From assembly GCA_045586995.1 (NCBI GenBank), contig JAZNBI010000129.1, positions 1 through 47,230 of the forward strand: a DNA stretch of 47,230 nucleotides, written 5' to 3'. Every line of letters begins with the position of its first letter. The first letter of the stretch is position 1. Shown piece after piece: positions 27,809 to 37,309 of this stretch. Below the pieces are notes generated by a model. That model was not told the origin of the DNA and ran no database searches. It saw nothing but the letters and a program-made list of their open reading frames with translations. The position numbers and the translations under genes are program-made. The DNA is from Eubacteriales bacterium (GTDB taxonomy: Bacteria > Bacillota > Clostridia > Oscillospirales > CAG-272).

Positions 27809-28759
27809 TTATCGACTTTGCGCTCTTAATTTTTTAATAATCAACTCCATATTTTCAGGCAATGGACATTCAAAATGCATATTTTCTCCGGTAATAGGGT
27901 GAACAAATCTCAGTTCTTTTGCGTGCAAGCATTGTCCTAAAAAAAGTGTTTTGTTTTCTGATTGGAATTTTGTTTTATCTCCGCCGTATAAAGGGTCACC
28001 TATAATCGGATGCCCTAAATAAGACATATGAACTCTTATCTGATGTGTTCGTCCTGTTTCGAGCTCGCATTGAATATAAGAAAAACCATTGAAATTCTCG
28101 ATAACCTTATAATGCGTCACCGCATTACGCGATTTAGAATCGGCAGCATCTACTACTGCCATTTTTTTTCGATCTTTCAAGCTTCTTCCGATAGGAGCAT
28201 TCACAACTCCGGCATCATCCTTTAAATGACCGATAATAATTGCATGATATATCCTTGAGATCTCATGCGTTTTTAATTGCTCTGAAAGTGCAAGATGTGC
28301 AATATCGTTCTTTGCGACAACAAGTAATCCGCTTGTATCTTTATCAATTCTGTGTACGATTCCGGGACGCATTTTTCCGCCAATCCCGGAAAGCGAATCT
28401 GCGCATTTATAAAGCAACGCATTTACTAAGGTGCCGGAATGATTCCCTGCAGCCGGATGCACGACCATACCCGATGGCTTGTTCACAACGATAATAGACT
28501 CATCCTCATAAACTGTGTCAAGAGGAATATCCTCTGATTGAGCTTCGAGCTTCTCCGGCTCCGGGAAATCAATACTTATAGAATCCATTTCGCGAAGCTT
28601 ATAGTTCTTATTTTCCTTATTTCCGTTAACGGTTATATTTCCGCACTCAATAAGCTTTACAATACTTGAACGCGCAACTCCGGTATAAGATGCCGCAAAA
28701 GCATCTAATCTTTCATTTGCGGCATCTTTACTTACAGTTATTAGCAGTTTTTTTTGCAT
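27809..28759 (-). CDS. rluD: RluA-family 23S rRNA pseudouridine synthase (RluD-like)
   Basis: N-terminal S4 domain and catalytic motif HRIDKDTSGLLVVAK. Overlaps the lspA 3' end by 32 nt. Confidence 0.92.
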   Translation of the reverse strand: MQKKLLITVSKDAANERLDAFAASYTGVARSSIVKLIECGNITVNGNKENKNYKLREMDSISIDFPEPEKLEAQSEDIPLDTVYEDESIIVVNKPSGMVVHPAAGNHSGTLVNALLYKCADSLSGIGGKMRPGIVHRIDKDTSGLLVVAKNDIAHLALSEQLKTHEISRIYHAIIIGHLKDDAGVVNAPIGRSLKDRKKMAVVDAADSKSRNAVTHYKVIENFNGFSYIQCELETGRTHQIRVHMSYLGHPIIGDPLYGGDKTKFQSENKTLFLGQCLHAKELRFVHPITGENMHFECPLPENMELIIKKLRAQSR

Positions 28760-29216
28760 CTTTGATATCCTTTACCATTGATATTACCAGACTTAAAATC
28801 ACAAGGCCTGCACCGACGCATACAAAAGAATCCGCCACATTAAATATTGCAAATCTAATAAGTACAAAATCGAAAAAGTCAACGACATATCCCTGCATTA
28901 AACGGTCAATCATATTCCCGATTCCACCGCCGATTATCATAGAAAGACCAATGCCGGTGATTTTGTCCCTCGGTGAAACGAACTTTATCAAATATATAAA
29001 GAGCCCGATTATAGCAACAAAAGAAATTGGAACGAAAATCCACGGCTTGTCTTCCAACATACTAAAGGCGGCACCGGTGTTCTCGGCGTAATTCAGTTGA
29101 AAAACATCCTTTATTATTGGGAAAGGCGGCTGTCCTTCGAGATATATAACGGCGAGCCATTTTGTCAATTGGTCAACATAAATCGCGCCAAAAATAATTG
29201 CCATAAAGCCAAGCAT
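28728..29216 (-). CDS. lspA: Lipoprotein signal peptidase (signal peptidase II)
   Basis: Four TM segments with the NTGAAFS and GNMIDR / FNVADS catalytic-Asp motifs. Confidence 0.93.
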   Translation of the reverse strand: MLGFMAIIFGAIYVDQLTKWLAVIYLEGQPPFPIIKDVFQLNYAENTGAAFSMLEDKPWIFVPISFVAIIGLFIYLIKFVSPRDKITGIGLSMIIGGGIGNMIDRLMQGYVVDFFDFVLIRFAIFNVADSFVCVGAGLVILSLVISMVKDIKDAKKTANNCK

Positions 29217-29272
29217 CTATATCCTCCTTGCATTCTTAAAAGATATAACAATACTATTCTCAATTTTGATAA

Positions 29273-32062
29273 TTAAGAAATTATCTCTAAACATCTTGCG
29301 CAAATAAATCCATCGTCGCTTTTTTCGCCTTCAAGAGAATGCATCCAGCATCTGTCGCATTTTTCTCCTTTTGCAATTTTAATTTCAACCGAAATTCCGG
29401 AGTCGGTTTCAGAAAATGCACCTTCGGGGGCTTTCCCTTTTATGACTTCCGCAGACGATACTATATAAACCGTTGCCAACTCATCCTTGAATTCGTTCAA
29501 AATATTATATATATCGTCATTTTCTGTATAAATAACCACGTCTGCATCGAGAGATTTGCCTATAAGCTTAGATGCGCGGGCAACCTCAAGCGCCTTGAGC
29601 ACGTCATCTCGAAGCTCAAACAAACGGTTCCATCTTGCAGAAAGTTCCTCAAACTCGAGATCCTTTCTGTATCCTGGCATATCGTTAAGGAACACGCTCT
29701 CCTTATTGTCATCCTTTGAATGAGGCATAGCTTGCCAAATTTCTTCTGCAGTAAAGCTGATAAGAGGAGCAATCAATCTTGTCATTGCGCTTATAACAAG
29801 ATACAGCGCGGTTTGCGCTGAACGCCTTGCTGCTCCATTGCTTTTTTCAACGTAAACTCTATCCTTGATTATATCAATATACAATTTGGAAAGATCTATC
29901 GTACAGAAGTTATTTACAGCGTGATATACTATGTGAAACTCATAATTATCATAAGCGTCAAGAACGGTTTTAACAAGTGCGTTCAAACGAGAAAGCACCC
30001 ATTTATCAATTTCGTACAATTGCTCTACGGGTATTGAATCGGAATCGGGATTGAAATCATTGAGATTCGCCATCATAATACGAGATGTATTGCGAATTTT
30101 TCTGTAAGCTTCGGAAAGCTGTTTGAAAATATTTTCTGAAACGCGAACATCGACTCTGTAATCACTTGAAGCAACCCACAATCTAACTAGGTCTGCACCG
30201 TATTTATTGACCGATTCATCGGGGGCAACCGAATTACCCAAGGATTTATGCATTGCCTTTCCTTCGCCATCAACTACCCAGCCGTGTGTAAGTACGGTGT
30301 TATAAGGTGCTCCCTGTCCCTTTGCGCCGATAGCGGTGAGAAGCGAGGATTGGAACCAACCTCTGTACTGGTCTGCGCCTTCAAGATAAAGGTCTGCCGG
30401 CCATTTTGTGTTTTCTTTGTCATCGATAACAGTAAAATGACTCGAGCCGGAATCAAACCAACCGTCCAACGTATCGGTTTCTTTAAAGAAATGCACATCG
30501 CCGCAGTGCGGGCAAACAAATCCATCGGGCAAAAGCTCTTTAACGTCCTTATCATACCAGCAATTGGAACCGAATTTTTCAAACATTTCTGAAATTTTAG
30601 AGATTGTTTCATCGGTGCATATCGGTTTTTTGCAGCTTTCGCAATAAACGACAGGAATGGGAAGTCCCCAATGACGCTGACGTGAAATACACCAATCCGC
30701 ACGCTCTCGTACCATCTGAGATATTCTTTCTCCGCCCCACTCGGGAATCCATTCAACGTTTTCACAAGCAGCAACTGCAGCATCCTTAAAATTAGCAACC
30801 GAGCAGAACCATTGAGGCGTAGCTCTAAAGATAATCGGATTCTTGCAACGCCAGCAATGCGGATATTGGTGAACAATTTCTTCAGATGCAAAAAGCGCTC
30901 CGCTTTCTTTCATATCATTAAGGATAGCTATATTGGAATCGGAATATTTCATACCCGCGTATTTACCCGCCTCAGCGGTTTGGAAGCCCTTGTCATCAAC
31001 AGGAACAATAATATCAATATTATATCTGCGGCACGTAATATAGTCATCGGCACCGAATCCGGGTGCAGTATGAACACAGCCAGTTCCGCTGTCCATAGTA
31101 ACATAATCAGCATTTACGATCAAGCTGGTTCTGTCAAGGAATGGATGACATGCAGTCATAAATTCAAAATCCTTGCCCTTCATTTTGCAAACGACTTCAT
31201 AGGACGAGATACCGCCGAATTTCATGGTATTCTCACAAAGAGCTTCTGCAAGAATATAAAATTCACCGTTATCTGCTTTTACTACAACATAATCCTCTAC
31301 AGGATTAAGCGCAATAGCGAGATTTCCAGGCAACGTCCATGTAGTGGTTGTCCATATTATAAAATATGTTTTATTCAAGTCGCACATGCCGAGCTTTCCG
31401 GAATCATCCGAAATCTTAAACTTTACATATATCGACGTACACTTATCATCTTGATATTCAATTTCCGCTTCGGCGAGAGCAGTTTCGTCTTGAGGGCACC
31501 AATAAACCGGCTTCAGACCTTTGTAGATATAACCTTTTTTGAACATTTCTCCAAAGACCTTAACTTCACGAGCTTCAAAAGAAGGGCTCATTGTAAGATA
31601 TGGATTGTCCCAATCCGCAGTAATGCCAAGACGAATAAATTGCTCTTTTTGAACATCAACAAAATTCTGAGCGAATGCATGACACGAGCTTCTGAACTCG
31701 GAAATTGACATTTTCTTTCTGTCGATTTTATTTTTCTTTATAATCGCGCTTTCGATAGGCATGCCGTGGTTATCCCAGCCCGGAGTGAACGGCACATAAT
31801 ATCCGCGCATTGATTTTGATTTATTGATAAAATCTTTAAGTATTTTATTGAGAGCGTGACCCATATGAATATTTCCGTTAGAAAACGGAGGCCCATCGTG
31901 AAGCAAAAATATCGGTTTGTCTTTACGCGTTTCAAGCATCTTGTTGTAAAGATCTATGGAATCCCAATATTTTAATGTTTCAGGTTCCCTTTGAGGCAGA
32001 TTTGCTCTCATTGCAAAGTCTGTACTCGGAAGATTTAGTGTACTTGTGTAATCTTTTGGCAT
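29273..32062 (-). CDS. ileS: Isoleucine--tRNA ligase (type 1)
   Basis: 929 aa with HMGH (HIGH-type) and KMHKSLGN (KMSKS-type) motifs and a C-terminal zinc finger CDRC...CARC. AAGGAG Shine-Dalgarno upstream. Confidence 0.97.
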   Translation of the reverse strand: MPKDYTSTLNLPSTDFAMRANLPQREPETLKYWDSIDLYNKMLETRKDKPIFLLHDGPPFSNGNIHMGHALNKILKDFINKSKSMRGYYVPFTPGWDNHGMPIESAIIKKNKIDRKKMSISEFRSSCHAFAQNFVDVQKEQFIRLGITADWDNPYLTMSPSFEAREVKVFGEMFKKGYIYKGLKPVYWCPQDETALAEAEIEYQDDKCTSIYVKFKISDDSGKLGMCDLNKTYFIIWTTTTWTLPGNLAIALNPVEDYVVVKADNGEFYILAEALCENTMKFGGISSYEVVCKMKGKDFEFMTACHPFLDRTSLIVNADYVTMDSGTGCVHTAPGFGADDYITCRRYNIDIIVPVDDKGFQTAEAGKYAGMKYSDSNIAILNDMKESGALFASEEIVHQYPHCWRCKNPIIFRATPQWFCSVANFKDAAVAACENVEWIPEWGGERISQMVRERADWCISRQRHWGLPIPVVYCESCKKPICTDETISKISEMFEKFGSNCWYDKDVKELLPDGFVCPHCGDVHFFKETDTLDGWFDSGSSHFTVIDDKENTKWPADLYLEGADQYRGWFQSSLLTAIGAKGQGAPYNTVLTHGWVVDGEGKAMHKSLGNSVAPDESVNKYGADLVRLWVASSDYRVDVRVSENIFKQLSEAYRKIRNTSRIMMANLNDFNPDSDSIPVEQLYEIDKWVLSRLNALVKTVLDAYDNYEFHIVYHAVNNFCTIDLSKLYIDIIKDRVYVEKSNGAARRSAQTALYLVISAMTRLIAPLISFTAEEIWQAMPHSKDDNKESVFLNDMPGYRKDLEFEELSARWNRLFELRDDVLKALEVARASKLIGKSLDADVVIYTENDDIYNILNEFKDELATVYIVSSAEVIKGKAPEGAFSETDSGISVEIKIAKGEKCDRCWMHSLEGEKSDDGFICARCLEIIS

Positions 32063-32098
32063 TTTTAAAAGACTCCTTGATAAAATTGTATTGATAAA

Positions 32099-32374
32099 TT
32101 AAATATAAAAGTTTGCAAGCAATGTGCTGATTATTGAAAGCAATATATATGTGGCAAGAAACGAAATATCTATCGGAATGCCCTGAAACCAATTTAGTTT
32201 GCGAAAAAGCTCTCTTATTGGAATAATAATAGGTTCGGTTATCATATACAGAAAATCCGCAAATTTAGATTCATTAAAAGTCGGTATCCACGACAATATC
32301 GCCCTTATCATCATAGCAAGTTGCAACGCATAGATAAAAATATTAACACATGACATAATTGTTCTGACAATCAT
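32099..32374 (-). CDS. YggT/YlmG family membrane protein
   Basis: 91 aa and two TM segments, with the ILSWIP motif typical of YggT. Sits directly downstream of sepF, as in the Bacillus ylm cluster. Confidence 0.85.
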   Translation of the reverse strand: MIVRTIMSCVNIFIYALQLAMMIRAILSWIPTFNESKFADFLYMITEPIIIPIRELFRKLNWFQGIPIDISFLATYILLSIISTLLANFYI

Positions 32375-32396
32375 GTAATACCTCCGGTGTGTTTTT

Positions 32397-32450
32397 CAAA
32401 AAAGCAAGAGCCGCGAATGAAAATCAGCTTTAGCCGATTTCATATGCGGC
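32397..32450 (-). terminator. Terminator-like hairpin between sepF and yggT-ileS
   Basis: Minus strand reads GCCGCATATGAAATCGGCT-AA-AGCTGATTTTCATTCGCGGC (about 17 bp, imperfect) followed by TCTTGCTTTTTTG. It ends about 20 nt before the yggT Shine-Dalgarno. Confidence 0.6.
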
Positions 32451-32479
32451 ATTTGCCATATAAATTCTGAAAACCGATT

Positions 32480-32935
32480 TTAATTTTCTCCCGAACCCAT
32501 AATCGATTCAAAACCGGTTATACCAACATTTTTCGGAGCAAAAACAAGTGTTGTTTTTGTAACATTTTCCATGCTTCCTCCAATAATATGTATAGCACCC
32601 ATAAGAAAGTCTACCAAACGAATGGTGTTTTCCCTGTTCAAATCCTCAATATTAAGTACAACGGTAGTGCCTGCTGCCAAGCAACTTGCAATTGATGGAG
32701 CGTCCTCATAACTTTGCGGCTTAATAACCTTAAGAGATACAGGGGCATTTCCGCCTCCGAACGCAACGCCTGCTGCGTTTTGAGCTGAATTTGCGGAATT
32801 GTCGTCGTTAACAATCATATCGTCATCGTTAACGGAAGAATCGTTGCGCTCCCCATATAAATCGTTAAAGTTGCCATTGTAAAGGTCCTCGCTGTCAAAC
32901 TCATCTTCTCTTTTTAAAAACTTCGGAAATTTCAT
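32480..32935 (-). CDS. sepF: Cell division protein SepF
   Basis: Short N-terminal membrane-targeting segment (MKFPKFLK), acidic linker and conserved C-terminal domain (VIKPQSYEDAPSIASCLAAGTTVVLNIEDL...RLVDFLMGA). Confidence 0.9.
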   Translation of the reverse strand: MKFPKFLKREDEFDSEDLYNGNFNDLYGERNDSSVNDDDMIVNDDNSANSAQNAAGVAFGGGNAPVSLKVIKPQSYEDAPSIASCLAAGTTVVLNIEDLNRENTIRLVDFLMGAIHIIGGSMENVTKTTLVFAPKNVGITGFESIMGSGEN

Positions 32936-32976
32936 ATCCTTCTCCTTAAATATATTATTGATTTTTATTTTTTATT

Positions 32977-33663
32977 TTAATTTTCTTTGTTAAACAATAT
33001 CCTTCCCAGGCGGATCATATTGGAGCCGCAGGCAACGGCCTCTTCATAGCTTGAACTCATCCCCATTGAAATAATAGGACTATCTATATTATGTAGTTTT
33101 TTGTTCCAAATGTCAAGAATTAGTTTAAAAGTTTCGGTAAAATTTTTATTTTGAGCTTCTTTTGTACTCGAAGCTTTTCCCATAGTCATAAAGCCCTTAA
33201 GCTTTATATTTTCGTATATCTTCAATTTTTCGCAGAATTCGGCTACGTTTTCGGGTAGCACCCCGCTTTTTGATTCCTCGCGCTCGCTATTGATTTCAAC
33301 GAGAACGTCCATAATGATATTTCTTTTTTTTGCTTGGCGATTAATTTCTTCTGCAAGCTTTAACGAATCCAATGACTGTATCAGACACACCTTATCAATG
33401 ATATACTTGACCTTATTTGTCTGCAAAGTACCAATAAAATGGATATTTACATTTTCATGGTCTATCTTGTCATAGTGCTCAAGTAATTGCTGAACGCGAT
33501 TTTCGCCAATGTTTTTTATGCCAAGTTCATTACAAAGATAGTTTATTTGATCAACATCTGCGTATTTAACCGCCGCGACAAGAGTAACGTCTTGCGAATC
33601 TGAAATTGCAGATATTTTTTCCTTTATATTTCGGATGTTTTCTCCAATATAAGAATAGTCCAT
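32977..33663 (-). CDS. yggS: YggS/YlmE family pyridoxal phosphate homeostasis protein
   Basis: VTLVAAVKY PLP-Lys context and the MGMSSSYEEAVACGSNMIRLG C-terminal motif. ATG 33663 has a GGAAGG Shine-Dalgarno; the track's 33714 start would overlap the upstream gene. Confidence 0.9.
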   Translation of the reverse strand: MDYSYIGENIRNIKEKISAISDSQDVTLVAAVKYADVDQINYLCNELGIKNIGENRVQQLLEHYDKIDHENVNIHFIGTLQTNKVKYIIDKVCLIQSLDSLKLAEEINRQAKKRNIIMDVLVEINSEREESKSGVLPENVAEFCEKLKIYENIKLKGFMTMGKASSTKEAQNKNFTETFKLILDIWNKKLHNIDSPIISMGMSSSYEEAVACGSNMIRLGRILFNKEN

Positions 33664-33676
33664 ATACACCTTCCGC

Positions 33677-34954
33677 TTATCCAACCACTTTCCCGTCATA
33701 TAGATTTTCACCATCTATAATAACACAGTCATTCAATTTAATGTAATCATAATAATTTTCATCTGTTTCATCTGTAATTTTCACAATAGAAAATCCGTTT
33801 TTTTCGACTATAACGCTAACTTTTTTAAAAGTCACCTTGCTTTTGCGCAAAATATAAACCCCTGTTTCTCCGTTAAGCGTTCTTATAGCGTTTGTCGGCA
33901 CTCTAAAGCCGTAATCCTCCGACAATGTAATCCTTACGCTTTGCATTCGCCTATAATCAAATCCTTGCGGAATGTTTGTGCAAGATAAAATTACAACAGC
34001 AACGCTCTCTGTTTCCGAAGAAAGCGTTTTATAATGTGTCATTTCCAATTCCAAATTATCGTTATGCAAAAATTGAACATCATACGACACACCGTCTTTA
34101 AAAAGCTTGGCATCGTCATAGCTCACGGGAATCGCAATATACCAAATATGATTGTTTATAAGCTTTCCGGCAATATTATCCGACACCTTTGGGGTTAGTT
34201 CATCTGCATAACTGAATAAATCTATAAATTCAAAAAGAGATGCATTTTGAATCATATCATATGAAAACAAATCCTCAAACCCATCAACACTTTTAAAAAA
34301 ATATCCGCTTTGTTGATTTTTAACTACATCAAAGCTTCCGGAATAAGCTTTTTTTAATTCCTGTAGCTGCTCATTGATCAAACTTATTCGATTTGAAAAT
34401 GCACCGGGACTTCCCAAAAAAACCTTTAAGCAGTTTACACTGACAAGAAAATTATCTGCCGACAAAACGGCATCCTCATAATTTTTAAAATATATTTGTT
34501 CAAGAAGCTTCAAATAATTTTCTTGCGCCGAACGTTCTGCGGAAAGAGTGTCAGACATTAGTGAGGATTGCGAGGGATTGCTCTTTTCGAGCAATGCCTT
34601 TTGCGCTTCAAGCTTTTCTATTTGCAAAGCAAGCTGCTGTTTATCCCCCTCTGAATTATAAACTCGCACAAGCTCTGTATCCACCGAAGCATACTCACCG
34701 TCATTTATAAGATATTCTGCCACACCGGAGTTTGATGAAGTCAGAATTTTTTCATCTCTGAACAAATACGCATCGAACGAATATATCGTTTCGGCAGTTG
34801 AATATCTGGCAGTCATAACCGAAAGCTCATCCGAAGAAAATCCGGTTACTTGATAAAAAATATAGAATATAACAAACAGGAACAGTGCAACATAAAACAT
34901 TTTTTTTAAAAAAACCATAATACTGAGTTTTATTTCCTTGTTTATGTTTAACAC
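33677..34954 (-). CDS. Membrane-anchored HlyD-like / coiled-coil protein of unknown function
   Basis: N-terminal TM helix (FYVALFLFVIFYIFYQV), coiled-coil stretch (QQLALQIEKLEAQKALLEK) and beta-rich C-terminal part. Start ambiguous: GTG 34954 lies inside the Shine-Dalgarno, and the next ATG is at 34918. Confidence 0.6.
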   Translation of the reverse strand: MLNINKEIKLSIMVFLKKMFYVALFLFVIFYIFYQVTGFSSDELSVMTARYSTAETIYSFDAYLFRDEKILTSSNSGVAEYLINDGEYASVDTELVRVYNSEGDKQQLALQIEKLEAQKALLEKSNPSQSSLMSDTLSAERSAQENYLKLLEQIYFKNYEDAVLSADNFLVSVNCLKVFLGSPGAFSNRISLINEQLQELKKAYSGSFDVVKNQQSGYFFKSVDGFEDLFSYDMIQNASLFEFIDLFSYADELTPKVSDNIAGKLINNHIWYIAIPVSYDDAKLFKDGVSYDVQFLHNDNLELEMTHYKTLSSETESVAVVILSCTNIPQGFDYRRMQSVRITLSEDYGFRVPTNAIRTLNGETGVYILRKSKVTFKKVSVIVEKNGFSIVKITDETDENYYDYIKLNDCVIIDGENLYDGKVVG

Positions 34955-34969
34955 CTCCTTAATGATTAA

Positions 34970-35917
34970 TCAGGCATTGAAGATTTCAAGCGCCTCTTTT
35001 ATTATATCCTCGTGTTTTCTGTCAACTCCGTTTTTGTCAAGCTCTATCCAATGTATATAATTTTTTGATAAAAACCAGGTCATTTGCCGTTTAGCGTATT
35101 TTCGAGTTGCGCATTTTAATTTTTCAACGGCAGATTCATAAGACATTTCGCCTTTAATATACCCCAGCAGTTCTTTATATCCGATTGCTTGTGCTGCTGT
35201 GCTTCCTGATTCTAACAGCCCGTCATTATAAAGCTGTCTTACCTCGTCAAGCAATCCCGCTTCAAGCATAGCATCCACACGGCTGTCAATTTTTTTGTAC
35301 AGGTGTTCTCTGTTCTCATATTTGATACCGATCACCACTGTTTTATACGGCAATACATATTCGGATTTTGTTTTGTCGGATTCGCTTTTCTTAATACCGG
35401 TCATATGGAAAATTTCGAGAGCACGAATAACACGTTTTACATTGTTCTGATGAATCTTGCTTGCCGACTCAGGGTCAACCTCCGAAAGCATACGGTGCAG
35501 CTTTTCCTTCCCACACGGCTCATTTGCTATTTTTAAAAGTTCATTTCTGAAATCATTATCAACACAATTATCTTCGCAAAGTCCGCCGCGCAAAAAACAA
35601 TCCAAATACAGTCCTGTGCCGCCGCACAAAATCGGAAGCTTCCCTCTTTCAATAATATCTTCAACCGCTTTCATAGCATCTGAAACATATTGGGCGCACG
35701 AGTATTTCTCGTGTGGTTCTGCAACATCTATCAAATGATGCGGTATACGCTTCATATCTTCCGAGGTTGCCTTCGCTGTACCGATATTCATTTTTTTGTA
35801 TATTTGCATTGAGTCACAGGACACCAGCTCTCCCGATAATCTTTCACAAAGCTCCATACCGAGCCCGGATTTTCCCGATGCTGTGGCCCCCACAATTGCA
35901 AGAATCTTATTGTTCAT
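34970..35917 (-). CDS. miaA: tRNA dimethylallyltransferase
   Basis: P-loop GATASGKS, then DSMQIYKKMNIGTAK. Start taken at ATG 35917; an alternative GTG at 35935 has a better GAGG Shine-Dalgarno. The track's TTG 36016 runs through a structured GC-rich element and is unlikely. Confidence 0.93.
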   Translation of the reverse strand: MNNKILAIVGATASGKSGLGMELCERLSGELVSCDSMQIYKKMNIGTAKATSEDMKRIPHHLIDVAEPHEKYSCAQYVSDAMKAVEDIIERGKLPILCGGTGLYLDCFLRGGLCEDNCVDNDFRNELLKIANEPCGKEKLHRMLSEVDPESASKIHQNNVKRVIRALEIFHMTGIKKSESDKTKSEYVLPYKTVVIGIKYENREHLYKKIDSRVDAMLEAGLLDEVRQLYNDGLLESGSTAAQAIGYKELLGYIKGEMSYESAVEKLKCATRKYAKRQMTWFLSKNYIHWIELDKNGVDRKHEDIIKEALEIFNA

Positions 35918-36025
35918 TACTTCTTCACTTTTCACTATTACCTCTTCACTGCTGATTAAATAGTTTTCTATTGAATCAGCATCGCGTCCCCGTAATGTAC
36001 GGGATACAATACCCAATTTTGACTC

Positions 36026-36073
36026 GTAGGGGCGTACATTGAACGCCCGCGGGCGACTGATAGTCGCCCCTAC
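36026..36073. repeat. GC-rich nested palindrome (REP-like element) in the queA-miaA spacer
   Basis: GTAGGGGCG...CGCCCCTAC outer arms enclose two hairpins: GGGCGT-7 nt-ACGCCC and GGGCGACT-GAT-AGTCGCCC. A sharp GC island in an AT-rich spacer. Confidence 0.6.
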
Positions 36074-36089
36074 AAGCGTAGGCTTTCTT

Positions 36090-37163
36090 TTATAGTATCA
36101 TCATCGCGTCACCAAAGCTGAAAAATCTATAACTATTATTGATTGCCTCGTTATATGCCTCAAAAACCTTATCTTTTCTGTAAAAAGCCGAAACCAACAT
36201 AAGAAGCGTACTTTCGGGCAAATGAAAATTAGTAATCAACGCATCGGTTGCTTTAAATTTGTATCCGGGATATATAAATATTCCGGTATCTCCCGACAAC
36301 GCCCTGACATATCCGTTATCATCCGAAACACTTTCAAGTGTGCGGCAGGCGGTTGTTCCGACGCAGATTATTCGTCCCCCGGCTGCCTTTCTTGAGTTGA
36401 TTTCATTTGCCGTTTCTTCTGACACCGAAAAAAATTCTTTGTGCATAATATGCTCTTGAATTTTTTCTTCTTTCACGGGACGGAAAGTGCCCAATCCAAC
36501 GTGTAACATAACCGGTACAAACGCGGTGCCTTTTAACTTTATTTTTTGAATTAAATCCTCGGTAAAATGAAGCCCTGCGGTAGGCGCAGCTGCCGACCCC
36601 TCGCGATTGGCGTATACCGTCTGATATCGAGCTGCATCATTTAACTTCTCGGTAATATAAGGGGGTAGCGGCATTAGTCCGATTATATTTAATATAACGT
36701 ATATGTTAGAGTATTTTTGGTGGTCATATTCAAATCTGACAATTCTGTTGCCGCCTTCAACTATGTCAATGACCTCTGCGTTCAGTATATCGCCAAAGAT
36801 TAAACGCTCTCCGACGCGAGCTCTTTTTCCCGGCTTTACCAACACTTCCCAAACGTCAAACGAGTGCTCTCTCAAAAGTAAAAGCTCTACCGGCGCATTA
36901 GATGAGTTACTTTCCTTTTTACCGTAGATTCTCGCGGGAATAACCTTTGAATCGTTTACAACCAAAATATCTTCGGGGCGTAAATATTCCACGATATCAT
37001 AAAAATGTCGATGAACAATATTTCCCGATTTTCTGTCAAGAACCATTAAACGCGAGCTATCTCTTTTTTCAATCGGATATTGAGCTATAAGCTCCTTCGG
37101 TAAATCATAATAAAAATCAGATGTTTTAAGATCGGTATTTGCGAGAACATTCGTAATTGTCAA
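36090..37163 (-). CDS. queA: tRNA preQ1(34) S-adenosylmethionine ribosyltransferase-isomerase
   Basis: [17 protein letters not shown]-terminal motif and [10 protein letters not shown] motif. TTG start 7 nt after an AAAGGAAG Shine-Dalgarno. Confidence 0.95.
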   Translation of the reverse strand: MTITNVLANTDLKTSDFYYDLPKELIAQYPIEKRDSSRLMVLDRKSGNIVHRHFYDIVEYLRPEDILVVNDSKVIPARIYGKKESNSSNAPVELLLLREHSFDVWEVLVKPGKRARVGERLIFGDILNAEVIDIVEGGNRIVRFEYDHQKYSNIYVILNIIGLMPLPPYITEKLNDAARYQTVYANREGSAAAPTAGLHFTEDLIQKIKLKGTAFVPVMLHVGLGTFRPVKEEKIQEHIMHKEFFSVSEETANEINSRKAAGGRIICVGTTACRTLESVSDDNGYVRALSGDTGIFIYPGYKFKATDALITNFHLPESTLLMLVSAFYRKDKVFEAYNEAINNSYRFFSFGDAMMIL

Positions 37164-37309
37164 AATAAAACTTCCTTTCGGGAATCGAAAATGTATATAA
37201 CAATATCAAATTGATGCATACAATGGTATTGAGATATAATTAATATATATTATACTGTATCTTACTGAATATTTCAACCTTTTTATATAAATTCATTGCA
37301 AGAAAGGAG

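Noticed and set aside
30812-31708. 298-aa plus-strand ORF, and the 205-aa alternative-frame minus-strand ORF at 30274-30891, both inside ileS
   Set aside because: Both lie entirely within the ileS coding region, which carries all class I synthetase motifs. Their translations are low-complexity with no motifs.
32063-32098. T-box leader upstream of ileS
   Set aside because: Only 36 nt separate ileS from yggT, which is far too short. No T-box core sequence (AANNNGGGTGGNACCGCG-like, quoted from memory) occurs anywhere in 32063-32479.
35918-36016. N-terminal extension of miaA (TTG 36016) proposed by the ORF track
   Set aside because: It would translate through the GC-rich palindrome and two further hairpins. 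MiaA proteins start only about 5-10 residues before the GxxxSGKS P-loop.
37164-37309. Possible lysine (L-box) riboswitch upstream of dapA
   Set aside because: The spacer is only 146 nt, is shared with the divergent queA promoter, and is almost entirely A/T. It lacks the GC-containing helices an L-box needs.
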